Assembly: GCF_902713615.1 (NCBI RefSeq)
Contig: NC_052166.1
Coordinates: 2,094,961-2,158,960, forward strand
Source: Scyliorhinus canicula
Taxonomy: Eukaryota
DNA length: 64,000 nt
Direction: 5' to 3'
Part shown: piece by piece, positions 1 to 12,374 of the stretch
Layout: the number at the start of each line of letters is the position of its first letter
Numbering within the stretch: position 1 is the stretch's first letter
The notes under the pieces: generated by a model
Told to the model about the DNA's origin: nothing
The model's database searches: none
What the model saw: the letters and a program-made list of their open reading frames with translations, nothing else
Program-made: the position numbers and the translations under genes

Positions 1-1660
1 TATGGGGCGGGTGAAGGGTTTGGGGGGCGGGTGAAGGGTTGGGGACGGTGAAGGGTTATGGGGGGGGAAGGGTTATGGGGGGGGGGGTGAAGGGTTGGGG
101 GGGGGGGTGAAGGGTTATGGGGAGAGGGTGAAGGGTTATGGGGGGGGGTGGGGGGTATGAGGGTTATGGGGGGTGGTGAAGGGTTATGGGGGGGGTGGGG
201 TTATGGGGAGGGGTGAAGGGTTATGGGGAGGGGTGAAGGGTTATGGGGGCGGGTGAAGGGTTATGGGGAGGGGGTGAAGGGTTATGGGGGCGGGGTGAAG
301 GGTTATGGGGAGGGGGGTGAAGGGTTATGGGGCGGGTGAAGGGTTATGGGGAGGGGGGTGAAGGGTTATGGGGCAGGGTGAAGGGTTATGGGGAGCGGGG
401 TGAAGGGTTATGGGAAGGGGGTGAAGGGTTATGGTGAGCGGGTGAAGCTTGGGGAGCGGGGTGAAGGGTTATGGGGAGCGGGGTGAAGGGTTATGGGGAG
501 CGGGGTGAAGGGTTATGGGGGCGGGGTGAAGGGTTATGGGGAGGGTGAAGGGTTATGGGGGCAGGGTGAAGGGTTATGGGGGGGGGTGAAGGGTTATGGG
601 GAGGGGGTGAAGGGTTATGGGGAGCGGGGTGAAGGGTTATGGGGAGGGGGTGAAGGGTTATGGGGAGGGGGTGAAGGGTTATGGGGAGGGTGAAGGGTTG
701 TGGGGAGGGGAGTGAAGGGTTATGGGGGGGGTGAAGGGGTATGGGGCGGGGTGAAAGGCTATGGGGCGGGTGAAGGGTTATGGGGAGCGGGGTGAAGGTT
801 ATGGGGGCAGGTGAAGGGTTATGGGGAGGGGTTGAAGGGTTATGGGGAGGGGGGGAAGGTTATGGGAGGGGGGGGGGGTGAAGGGTTATGGGGAGGGGGT
901 GAAGGGTTATGGGGCGGGTGAAGGGTTATGGGGAGGGGTGAAGGGTTATGGGGAGGGGGGTGAAGGGTTATGGGGAGCGGGATGAAGGGTTATGGGGAGG
1001 GGGGTGAAGGGTTAGGGGGGGGGGTGAAGGGTTATGGGGAGGGGGTGAAGGGTTTGGGGAGCGGGGTGAAGGGTTATGGGGAGCGGGGTGAAGGGTTATG
1101 GGGGCGGGTGAAGGGTTATGGGGAGCGGGGTGAAGGGTTATGGGGGCGGGGAAGGGTTATGGGGAGGGGGGTGAAGGGTTATGGGGAGGGGGGTGAAGGG
1201 TTATGGGGAGGGGGGTGAAGGGTTATGGGGAGCGGTGTGAAGGGTTATGGGGAGCGGGGTGAAGGGTTATGGGGAGCGGGGTGAAGGGTTATGGGGAGGG
1301 GGGAAGGATGATGGGGAGGGGGGTGAAGGGTTATGGGGCAGGGTGAAGGGTTATGGGGAGCGGGTGAAGGTCGATGGGGAGCAGGGTGGAGGGTTATGGG
1401 GAGGGAGTGAAGGATGATGGGGAGGGGGGTGAAGGGTTATGGGGAGCGGGGTGAAGGGTTATGGGGAGGGGGTGAAGGGTTATGGGGGCGGGTGAAGGGT
1501 TATGGGGAGGGGGGTGAAGGGTTATGGGGAGGGGGTGAACGGTTATGGGGAGCGGGGTGAACGGTTATGGGAGCGGGGTGAAGGTCGATGGGAGCAGGGT
1601 GGAGGGTTATGGGGAGGTGGGTGAAGATTTATGGGGAGCGGGGTGGAGGATTAAGGGGAG
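1..1660 (+). repeat. G-rich minisatellite, unit ~20-23 bp (GGGGTGAAGGGTTATGGGGAG), open at window start
   Basis: Dozens of near-identical tandem copies with variable G-run length; runs directly into a CR1-type 3' end at ~1660-1790. Confidence 0.95.
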
Positions 1661-1790
1661 CGGGGTGAAAGTCTGTGGGGAGCGGTGGAGATGAGGCGGA
1701 GGTGAAATTGGCCATGATGGTCTCGAATGGTGGAGCCAGTCCGAGTGTCTGATTTTCCTGCACCTACTCCTAGTTCTTATGTTCCTCTGG
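1661..1790 (+). mobile_element. CR1-type LINE 3' terminus
   Basis: ggccatgatggtctcgaatggtggagc...cctactcctagttcttatgttc resembles the shark CR1 3' UTR/tail. Confidence 0.6.
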
Positions 1791-2717
1791 GATTGGAATA
1801 ACCTGTCGGCTGTGTTCTTAACACAAAAGTGCCTTTCAAACTGTCGAACACGTTGAAACAATCAATCAGATCGCCTGAGGTGAAAACTTAATCAGACGTT
1901 GCTGGAGTGACGTGGCATGTATGGGAGAGTCTGACCATGTGACCGAAATTGTCAGCCCCACCCAGACCTCTCCATAGGTGCTGACTGCTTGCTGAGGTTT
2001 CTGCCTCCCGTTAAATCACGAATCAGATCCTCTCCCGGCGTTACCGTGCGAGATGCCGCACTGCACCTGCTGGGTGAATTCTGTTTGAGGAGGTAAAAGC
2101 TTAACATGTCTTCCAAAAGTGAAAGAAAAACAATGAACAAATGAACAATAAAGGTCACAAGGGACAGAAAATGGCAACTTAACAATCGGCACTGACAATA
2201 TCTGCCTCTGAGGTTGAGATCCTGGATTCCCAATTGGGTTTCTGCAATGATCCTTTTTCACCTGCAGCTTTCTCCCAGAGCATCTTGTCATATTCACGGC
2301 TCGATTGTCCTGCATTCGATTGTATGAGTCTGGCAACTGATCCATGCTCACTGTGCTCGATTGGTTAGGCCTGGGTGCTGACTCAGAGTTGAGCTGAAAA
2401 TATTGCGTGTGTGTAAAGCTATGTTAATAACTGGAAATTAAACCGTTGCACACTTCAGTCATGCGTCATCTTCTTCTCTGAGGTAAATCAAATACAGGAA
2501 TTAAACTCGCCTCAATGCCCGAGGACACCAAACAATTCTGCTTTGACCCTGAATTTCATCCCACACCAACAGGATGTGCTGTCGGCTCAAAGAAAGTCTG
2601 CCTCACTGTTACCTCATGAGTTAGGGTCGTCGTCTGCAATTGGGGCAAAGGTGGCAGCCAAGGAGGTGAGAAGGTGGTGGTGAGCCGCCCTTGAATGTTC
2701 CCTGATGACTACACAAT

Positions 2718-3020
2718 GGGGGCGACACATTAGCATGGTGGTTAACACTGTTGCTTCACAGCTCCAGGGTCCCAGGTTCGATTCCCGGCTTGGGTCACTG
2801 TCTGTGGGGAGTCTGAACGTTCTCCCCGTCTCTGCGTGGGTTTCTCTGGGTGCTCCGGTTTCCTCCCACAAGTCCCAAAAGACGTGCTTGTTAGGTGAAT
2901 TGGACATTCTGAATTCTCCCTCTGTGACCCGAACAGGCGCGTGTGGCGACTAGGGGCTTTCCAGTAACTTCATTGCAGTGTTAATGTAAGCCTACTTGCG
3001 ACAATAATAAAGATTATTAT
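2718..3020 (+). mobile_element. tRNA-derived V-core SINE (HE1-like, variant tail)
   Basis: tagcatggtggttaacactg / ggttcgattcc A/B-box head plus gggtttc..gggtgctccggtttcctcccac core; ends in a short gattattat tail. Confidence 0.85.
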
Positions 3021-3040
3021 GTTGAGCACCATTTGCGACT

Positions 3041-4590
3041 CAAAGAACAAAGAACAAAGAAACGTACAGCACAGGAACAGGCCCTTCGGCCCTCCAAGCC
3101 TGTGCCAACCATGCTGCCCGTCTAAACTAAAATCTTCTACACTTCCTGGGTCCGTATCCCTCTATTCCCATCCTATTCATGTATTTGTCAAGATGCCCCT
3201 TAAATGTCACTATCGTCCCTGCTTCCACCACCTCCTCCGGCAGCGAGTTCCAGGCACCCACTACCCTCTGTGTAAAAAAATTGCCTCGTACATCTCCTCT
3301 AAACCTTGCCCCTCGCACATTAAACCTATGCCCCCTAGTAATTGACCCTCTACCCTGGGGAAAAGCCTCTGACTATCCACTCTGTCTATGCCCCTCATAC
3401 TTTTGTAGACCTCTATCAGGTCGCCCCTCAACCTCCTCGTTCCAGTGAGAACAAACCAAATTTATTCAACCTCTCTTCATAGCTAATGCCCCCATACCAG
3501 GCAACATCCTGGTAAATCTCTTCTGCACCCTCTCTAAAGCCTCCACATCCTTCTGGTAGTGTGGCGACCAGAATTGAACACTATACTCCAAGTGTGGCCT
3601 AACTAAGGTTCTATACAGCTGCAACATGACTTGCCAATTCTTATACTCAATGCCCCGGCCAATGAAGGCAAACATGCCGTATGCCTTCTTGACTATCTTC
3701 TACACCTCTGTTTCCCCTTTCAGTGACCTGTACACCTAGATCTCTCTGACTGTCAATACTCTTAAGGGTTCTACCATTCACTGTATATTCCCTACCTGCA
3801 TTAGGCCTTCCAAAATGCATTTCCTCACATTTGTCCGGATTAAACTCCATCTCTCACATCTCCGCCCAAGTTTCCAAACGATCTAAATCCTGCTGTATCC
3901 TCTGACAGTCCTCATCGCTATCCGCAATTCCACCAACCTTTGTGTCATCTGCAAACTTACCAATCAGACAGTTACATGTTCCTCCAAATCATTCATAATC
4001 CTACGAACAGCAAAGGTCCCAGCACTGATCCCTGCGGAACACCACTAGTCACAGCCCTCCAATTAGAAAAGCACCCTTCCATTGCTGCTACTCTGCCTTC
4101 TATGACCTAGCCAGTTCTGTATCCACCTTGCCAGCTCACCCCTGATCCCGTGTGACTTCACCTTTGTACCCGTCTACCATGAGGGACCTTGTCAAGGCCT
4201 TATTGAAGTCCATGTAGACAACATCCACTGCTCTACCTGCATCAATCATCTTTGTGACCCCCTCGAAAAACTCTATCAAGTTAGTGAGACACGACCTCCC
4301 CTTCACAAAACCGTGCTGCCTCTCCCTAATATGTCCATTTGCTTCCAAATGGGAGTAGATCCTGTCTCGAAGAATTCTCTCCAGTGATTTCCCCCACTGA
4401 CATAAGGCTCACCGGCCTGTAGTTCCCTGGATTATCCTTGCTACCCTTCTTAAAACAAAGGAACAACATTGGCTATTCTCCAGTCCTCCGGGACATCACC
4501 TGAAGACGTGAGGATCCAAAGATTTTTGTCAAGGCCTCAGCAATTCCTCTCTTGCCTCCTTCAGTATTCTGGGGTAGCTCCCATCAGGCC
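3041..4590 (-). mobile_element. 5'-truncated, decayed CR1 LINE (RT C-terminal half)
   Basis: Minus-strand ORF pieces QHGFVKGRSCLTNLIEFFE, VDVVYMDF, RPHLEYSVQFWSP, FFTQRVVGAWNSLP; (caaagaa)n tail at 3041-3060; frameshifts. Confidence 0.95.
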
Positions 4591-5164
4591 CTGGGGACTT
4601 ATCTATCTTAATAAGAAGAACTTGAAGAATTGTAGACAGTTTGGTCTCCTTATTCAAGGAAGGATATACCAGCCATAGAGGACATGTAATGAGGTTCACC
4701 AAAATCCCTGAGACAGTGGGATTTTAATAAACTCGTCAGACACTGAAACAGTCCGTGTCAAATGCAGCAAGACCTGGGTAATACAGGCTCTGGGCTGGCA
4801 AGTGGCAAGTGACATTCTTGGCACATTAGTGCCAGGCAATGACCAACTTCTGCAAGGAGGAGTTAACTGTGATAGTGAAGCCCCTTTAAGGGTGTGCCTT
4901 CGCGATCCATGTGACTGGCTTGGGGGCCAATCGTGAGGGAGTGCGCGAACCCGACCAATGAGCAAAAAGCACGGGTCCAGGAAGTGGGCTTCTGGTCAGA
5001 GCGATCCCGGGAGTGGTGAGAAACTCACCTCCTGACCCCCCTCCCCTCCCCAAGGCACAAGGCACAAGTCAGGAGTGTGAGGGAATACTCTCCGCTTGGA
5101 TGAGCGCAGCTCCAACAACACTCATGAAGCTCAACACCATCCAGGAGGAACCAGCCCCACACAA

Positions 5165-5468
5165 CCATAGATTTCCTATAGCGCAGAAAGAGGCCATTCA
5201 GCCTATTCAGTCGACAACGACTCTGAAAGGGCCCATCCCACTGCCTATACCCATAACCCCACATCTTTGGACACTAAGGGACAGTTTGACATGGCCAATC
5301 CACATAACCTGCACAGCTCTGTAGGAAAGTGGAGCACCTGGAGGAATCCCAAGCAGACACGGGGAGAACGTGCAATTCCAGACAGACAGTCACCCAAGGC
5401 CAGAATTGCACCTGGGGTCCTGGCACTGTGAGGCAGCAGAGCTAACCACTGCGCCACCATGCCACCCT
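5165..5468 (-). mobile_element. HE1/V-SINE
   Basis: Reverse complement of the SINE head, core and tail seen elsewhere in the window. Confidence 0.8.
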
Positions 5469-5934
5469 TGATTGGCACCACTTCCACAAACATTCACGCC
5501 CTCCACCACCCGATGCACAGTGCAGCGTGTGTACCGTCTACAAGATGCACTGCAGCAACTCACCAAGGCTCCTTCGGCAGCACCTTCCAAACCCACGCCC
5601 TCCACCATCTAGAAGGCAGCAGATACCTGGGAACATCACCAGCTGGAGATTGCCCTCCGAGACACTCACCATCCGACTTGGGGAGCCTCGGCAACATGGA
5701 TGTTGAGAGGATATTGCCCCCTCATGGAGGTATATGAACTAGAGGAGGCAGAGTTTGAGAATAATAGGATCCTCCATCGAAGATGGAGATGAGGAGGAAT
5801 GTCTTCTCCCTGGGTAGTTAGTCTGAGGAATACCCCCCCCCCCAGGCACAGTGGGAGCTGAAGCTCATTGCGAACGGAATGGCCCCTAACCCCAACACTG
5901 GGGCTGAGAGATGCTGAGCATAGTGAATGATATA

Positions 5935-6925
5935 GGGGGCGATTCTCTGAGCCCCGGGGGCGATTCTCCGAGTCCCGGGGGGCGATTCCCGAGCCCCGGG
6001 GGGCGATTCTCCGAGCCCCGGGGGGGGGGCGATTCTCCGAGCCCCTGGGGGCAATTCTCCGAGCCCCGGGGGGGGCGATTCTCCGAGCCCCGGGGGGGGG
6101 GGGGCGATTCTCCGAGCCCGGGGGGGGGATTCTCCGAGCCCCGGGGGGGCGATTCTCCGAGCCCCTGGGGGCGATTCTCCGAGCCCCGGGGGGGGGGGGG
6201 GGGCGATTCTCCGAGCCCGGGGGGGGCGATTCTCCAAGCCCGGGGGGGGGGCGATTCTCCGAGCCCGGGGGGGGCGATTCTCCGAGCCCGGGGGGGGCGA
6301 TTCTCCGAGCCCCGGGGGGCGATTCTCCGAGCCCCTGGGGGCGATTCTCCGAGCCCCGGAGGACGATTCTCCGAGCCCCTGGGGGGCGATTCTCCGAGCC
6401 CCTGGGGCGATTCTCCGAGCCCCTAGGGGCGATTCTCTGAGCCCGGGGGGGGCGATTCTCCGAGCCCCGGGGGGGGCGATTCTCCCGAGCCCCGGGGGGG
6501 GGCGATTCTCCGAGCCCCGGGGGGGCGATTCTCCGAGCCCCGGGGGGGGATTCTCCGAGCCCCGGGGGGCGATTCTCCGAGCCCCGGGGGGCGATTCTCC
6601 GAGCCCCGGGGGGGGCGATTCTCCGAGCCTCGGGGGGGGGCGATTCTCCGAGCCCCTGGGGGGCGATTCTCCGAGCCCCTGGGGGGCGATTCTCCGAGCC
6701 CCGGGGGGCGATTCTCCGAGCCTCGGGGGGGGCGATTCTCCGAGCCCCGGGGGGCGATTCTCCGAGCCCCGGGGGGCGATTCTCCGAGCCCCGGGGGGGG
6801 CGATTCTCCGAGCCCCGGGGGGGGGCGATTCTCCGAGCCCCTGGGAGCGATTCTCCGAGCCCCTGGGGGCGATTCTCCGAGCCCCGGGGGTGTTCTCCGA
6901 GCCCCGGGGGTGATTCTCCGAGCTC
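5935..6925 (+). repeat. GC-rich tandem array of ~21-27 bp (GGGGGCGATTCTCCGAGCCCC), roughly 40 copies
   Basis: Direct reading; the unit equals the left terminus of the adjacent MITE. Confidence 0.95.
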
Positions 6926-7504
6926 CGTGCTGGGACACGACACCCCGACGTGCGATTCTCTGAGGTGCGGAGAATTGCCGCTATTTGCGCCGACACGTTT
7001 GACGCAGCGCCGGCCTTGGGCCGCTGGAATCGGCGGGGCCGTCGATTCTCCGGGCCAGATGGGCCGAACGGCTGCGCAGATACGACAGAGTCCTGCCGGC
7101 GCCGTTCACCCCCGGTCGCTGCCGTCGGGAACTCTGCGCGAAGGGTCGGGGGGCGCGGGGAAAAGAGATTCTTCACCAGGGGGCCTATGGGATTCTGGCC
7201 CGCGATTGGGGCCCACCGATCGGCGGGCTGGCCTCTCCCCCTTGGGCCTACTTTGTTGCGCGGCTGGTGCCTGAACCGGTACCGACGCCATGTTGAGTCG
7301 GGGCTGGCTCGCTGAAGAAGCCGCCCACACATTTGTGGGTTGGCGCAGCGCCCATTTGGCACCGGTAAGGGAGGCTGGCGCGTGAACCGCTCCAGCACCA
7401 TGCCGGCCCCCTGTGGGGGAGAGGATCGATCGTACCCGGGCCTGATTCACGACGGCGTTCACGATGGCGCAAACACTTAGTCTCCATTTTGGAGAATCGC
7501 CCCC
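6906..7504 (+). mobile_element. Non-autonomous Harbinger-like MITE
   Basis: Inverted termini gggtgattctcc ... ggagaatcgcccc; the internal sequence recurs inverted at 33659-34188; Harbinger assignment from terminus similarity only. Confidence 0.7.
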
Positions 7505-7859
7505 ATGGGAAATACCGTCACCATCAGTGACAATTGATTTGATTTATGTGTTTTGCATTGCTCATGGACCTAAGTGTTTCCAGTTATGCTTGTTTGAAAT
7601 TCATCGTACCTCTTATTCAATGACGCTAATTGTTTTAAGGAACATGATATGATGCAGTAATTCCAGGAGAGACAGCCAACTTCCCTATATTCTGATCCTG
7701 CATACCTGTGGGTTTCTTTTGCACTCAATCTGAGCTGAGCTGAAAAGTTCAACTGTGGCATTTCCTTAAGATAACCTGTTCTGTTCCTGGAAGATATACA
7801 GGAACTGACTCACAAGGAAGTGGTCTGAATGGGCACAGAGTGAGGTCAGAGAGGAACAG

Positions 7860-8815
7860 GAGAAAGTCAATCTGCCCCTCTCCAGCCTGTTACACAGGGA
7901 CCAGGCGGAGGCCATTCAGCCCCTCTCCAGCCTGTTACACAGGAACAGGAGGAGGCCCATTCAGCCCTCTTCAGCCTGTTACACAGGAACAGGAGGAGAC
8001 CCATTCAACCCCTCTCGAGGCTGTTACACAGGAACAGGAGGAGGCCCATTCAGCCCCTCTCAAGCCTGTTACACAGGGACCAGGCGGAGGCCATTCAGCC
8101 CCTCTCCAGCCTGCTACCCAGGAACAGGAAGAGGCCCATTCAGCCCCTCTCCAGCCTGTTACACAGGAACAGAAGGAGATCCATTCAACCCTCTCTCCAG
8201 CCTGTTACATAGGAACAGGAGAAGGTCCATTCAGCCCTTCTCCAGTTTATTACAGAGGAACAGGAGGAGGCTCATTCAGCCCTTCTCCGGCCTGTCACAC
8301 AGGAGCAGGAGCAGGCCCATTCACCCTGTCTCCAGCCTGTTACACAGGGACAGAAGGAGATCCATTCAGCCCCTCTCGAGCCTGTTACATATGAACAGGA
8401 GGAGGCCCATTCAGCCCTGCGCCAGCCTGTTACACAGGAACAAGAGGAGGCCCATTCAGCCCCTCTCAAGCCTGTTACATAGGAACAGGAGGAGCCCATT
8501 CAGCCCCTCCAGTCTGTTACACAGGAACAGGAGGTGGCCCATTCAGCCCCTCTCGAGCCCGTTACACAGGAACAGGAGGAGGCCCATTCATCCCCTCTCG
8601 AGCCAGTTACACAGGAACAGGAGGAGGCCCATTCAGCTCCTCTCCAGTCTGTTACACAGGAACAGGAGGAGGCCCATTCAGCCCCTCTCGAGCTTGTTAC
8701 ACAGGAGCAGGAGGAGGCCCATTCAGCCTCTCGAGCCTGTTACACAGGAAAAGGAGGAGGCCCCATTCAGCCCCTCTCCAGCCTGTTGCACAGGAACAGG
8801 AGGAGGACCATTCAA
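7860..8815 (+). repeat. 45-bp minisatellite (CAGCCCCTCTCCAGCCTGTTACACAGGAACAGGAGGAGGCCCATT)
   Basis: About 20 tandem copies; the same unit forms the array at 31790-32500. Confidence 0.95.
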
Positions 8816-9382
8816 CTCACCTGTCCATTCGGTGGCCGGTGTGGGGGTGGGTGGGGAGGAACGGATGATTCTGCGTCACATACAAAGGCAGGGACCATTT
8901 TTCCAACGAGCCCGAAGAGGCAACTGATTTTGTGCAAAGGAATAGACTTGGAAAAAACTGAACGGGATGGGGCAAAACTACTGACCTCGATGAACAGTGG
9001 GGGAAGGGGTACACGTTGTATATGGAAATGTTTTTCCATTGTTTTTATGAGTTTTGATTGTTTTTCGGTTTGTTTGTGTTGTTGCTTCGCTTTTCAATGT
9101 TTGTTTGTTTCTATCTCTGCGATCGTATTCCCTGGTTAGGACTGACCGGCCTGTACTTCGTTCCACGGTTGTTGAATAGGAAAGCATTAAAGCTATTGTT
9201 GCTGGGAACTGTCACACAGAGCTCGAGGGACACTGGGCAAGACCCTACACGCAGTGGGGCCAGGGCTTTGGGGTGAGGAGGGGTCTGGTACTCCACCTTG
9301 GGCATCAGGGTGACCCTCAGCAGGTCCCAGACAGGGCAGCACTAAATAGGGATGGTAAAGGCTCAGGGCCGGGGGGGGGATT

Positions 9383-9725
9383 TCATAGAATTTACAGTGA
9401 AGAAAGAGGCCATTCGGCCCATCGAGTCTGCACCAGCTCTTGCAAAGAGCACCCCACCCCAGCCCACACCTCCACCCTATCCCCATAACCAGTAACCCCA
9501 CCCAACACTAAGGGCAATTTTGGACACTAAGGGCAATTTAGCATGGCCAATCCACCTAACCTGCACATCTTTGGACTGTGGGAGGAAACCGGAGCACCCG
9601 GAGGAAACCCACGCAGACACGGGGAGGACGTGCAGACTCCGCACAGACAGTGACCCAAGCCGCGAATCGAACCTGGGACTCTGGAGCTGTGAAGCAACTG
9701 TGCTAACAACTGTGCTACCGGGCTG
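9383..9725 (-). mobile_element. HE1/V-SINE
   Basis: Full-length reverse copy of the SINE. Confidence 0.9.
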
Positions 9726-9971
9726 CCCTCGATCAGGTGCCTCGATCTCACTGATCCTGAAGAAAGACAAATACCCGGCCGAGTGTGGGTCATTCACACT
9801 GCTGAACACTGACGCCAAAGTCCCAGCAAAACCTCTGCAAGGTGGCTGGAGAGCCATTTGCCAGAAGCAATCGCGGAAGGTCAGACTGGGTTCGTCAGGG
9901 AAGACAGCTGATGGTGAACATCAGACGCTTGCTGGACCTGGTAATGTCCCCATCCAGGGAGGTGACACAAG

Positions 9972-10760
9972 AGAACGAAGAACAAATAAAATTACAGCAC
10001 AGGAACAGGCCCTTCGGCCCTCCCAGACTGCGCCGATCCAGATCCTTTATCTAAACCTGTCTCCTATTTTCCAAAGTCTATTTCCCTCTGTTCCCGCCCG
10101 TTCATATACCCGTCTAGATGCCTCTTAAATGATGCTATCGTGCCCGCCTCTACCACCTCCGCTGGCAAAGCGTTCCAGGCACCCACCACCCTCTGCGTAA
10201 AAAACTTTCCACGTGCATCTCCCTTAAACTTTCCCCCTCTCACCTTGAAATCGTGACCCCTTGTAATTGACACTCCCAATCTTGGAAAAAGTTTGTTGCT
10301 ATCCACCCTGTCCATACCTCAATCAGGTCCCCCCTCAACCTCCGTCTTTCCAACGAAACAATCCTAATCTACTTAACCTTTCTTCATAGCTAGCACCCTC
10401 CATACCAGGCAACATCCTGGTGAACCTCCTCTGCACCCTCTCCAAAGCATCCACATCCTTCTGGTGATGTGGCGACCAGAACTGCACGCAGTATTCCAAA
10501 TGTGGCCTAACCAAAGTCCTATACAACTGTAACATGACCTGCCAACTCTTGTACTCAATACCCCGTCCGATGAAGGCAAGCATGCTGTATGCCTTCTTGA
10601 CCACTCTATCAACCTGCGTTGCCACCTTCAGGGTACAATGGACCTGAACTCCCAGATCTCTCTGTACAACAATTTTCCCCAGGACCGTATAGTCCGCTCT
10701 TGAATTTGATCTTCCAAAATGCATCACCTCGCATTTGCCTGGATTGAACTCCATCTGCCT
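9972..10760 (-). mobile_element. CR1 LINE 3' fragment
   Basis: MEFNPGKCEVMHFG, RPHLEYCVQFWSP, FFTQRVVGAWNALP on the minus strand. Confidence 0.95.
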
Positions 10761-11460
10761 GGAGGTGATCATCTCCCTGGACTCAGAGAAGGCCTGGGGG
10801 AGTGGAAGTACCTGCAATGATTTGGGTTTGGGCCAGGGTTCATCTAATGGGTGAAACTATTGGACAGAGCTCCCATGGCGAGCGTACAAATGAACGGCAC
10901 CAGCTCCGATTACGCCCAGCTGCACAGAGGCATGGTACATGGTACAGGGTACATGGTACAGGGTACAGGGGTGCCCATTGTCCCTGCTGCTATTTGCTCT
11001 GGCTATTGAGCTACTGGCTTCGCTCTCAGATTAGTGAAGGGTGGAGACCATCCAGAAAGGAGACAGGGAGCACAGAATCTCTCTCTGTATACGAATGACC
11101 CGATGCTCCATTTCTCTAACCCCCTAGCCAGCATGGGTAAGATAATGGAACCCCTGATGGAGTTTAGAGCCTTCTCGGGATTATAAACTTGTCCTGGGTA
11201 AGAGCAAACCCTTCCCGGTGAACTGCCAAGGTTGAGAAGCAGAGCTGGGAGAGCTGCAAATCAAGGTCAGATACCTGGGAACCCAGATAGCCCACAACTG
11301 GACCTGACTCCACAAGTGGACCCTGTCTAGCCTGGTGGAGGAGGTGAAAGGAGACCGGCGGAGTGGGACTCATTCCCACCCTCCCTAGTGGGAAAGTGCA
11401 GATGATACAGATGAACATCCTGCCAAGGTTCCTCTTCGTATTTAGATCTTCATCCCCAAA
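10761..11460 (+). mobile_element. Decayed L1/Tx1-type LINE RT fragment
   Basis: Degenerate VIISLDSEKA, CPLSLLLFALAIE and VRYLGTQIAHNW motifs on the plus strand with stops and frameshifts. Confidence 0.7.
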
Positions 11461-12374
11461 TCCCAAAGGGGTGCGGGGTTGGCTGGGGAGCTGGGGCTGA
11501 ATAGGTGCAGATGGAAGCGACCTCCTGTATTGTGTAATAGGGTTTCCTTTACTCCACAATAGGCCGGTATTGGGGGTCACAGATAACTGTGGGTGTCTCT
11601 CTCCTGCAGGTATTGAAACCACGACCCGGAAGTGTCGCCCTGGGACAGCTTCACAAGAGAGAGGGGGACAAGTCTGACTGTTTATACCTGACCAGCGAGT
11701 TTGTCCTTATGCCACATCAGTTACCCTGACTACCACCTACTGCCTGTGTGAGTCTCTCTGTGGTGATGGTGAAATGTCACCGGGAAGTGCCCCAGTAGTG
11801 AGACTTCACAAGAGAGAGAAAGAGGGACCGCTGTTTATCCCTAATCAGTGGCCTCTCTTGAGTGAGCGGGTTCGAAGCCTTTTGGATTACGGAATTATGT
11901 CCCGGCATTATTATGTCACAACCAGAGCCCCAGTGAAAGGAAGGTGAGACCACAACAATGGCTGATTTAAAATTAAATAATTTATTCAAGAGAAATAGAC
12001 TCTCCACAACTCAAACTATCACACACAAACACAGTTAGAAAAATACTAAACTATAAAAAGGAGGGACTAAACGGCATAACCAAAATTCTTACTTTTACAC
12101 AAATTTACTTTATAAACACATATATATATTATTATATATTTATATCCATTCACCCACCCCAAAACCCCAACACTCTAAACTAATTGGGGATTACTGTGGG
12201 TGTGAGAATATACTTACCGTCCCCAGGGAGCAAGGTCCAGCTGATACAGATGTTTTTGTCTCTTCCTCTAAACTGGCTGGTCCATGTGGTTGCTGGGCTG
12301 CTGTTCCTTGGGTCTCTTTTCTCCTTGCTCTTTCTCTGGCTCCTTCAGTCTCTCTTGCTTGCTCCGCTTGCTAT

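Noticed and set aside
1-1660. Interstitial telomere, or Gly-rich protein ORFs (493-693, 970-1218)
   Set aside because: GGGTTA occurs once per 20+ bp unit, not as (TTAGGG)n; the ORFs are just the repeat lacking stops.
5666-7401. Long Pro/Gly/Arg-rich ORFs (425 and 527 aa)
   Set aside because: Products of a GC-rich tandem repeat with frequent frame changes and no splice or start context.
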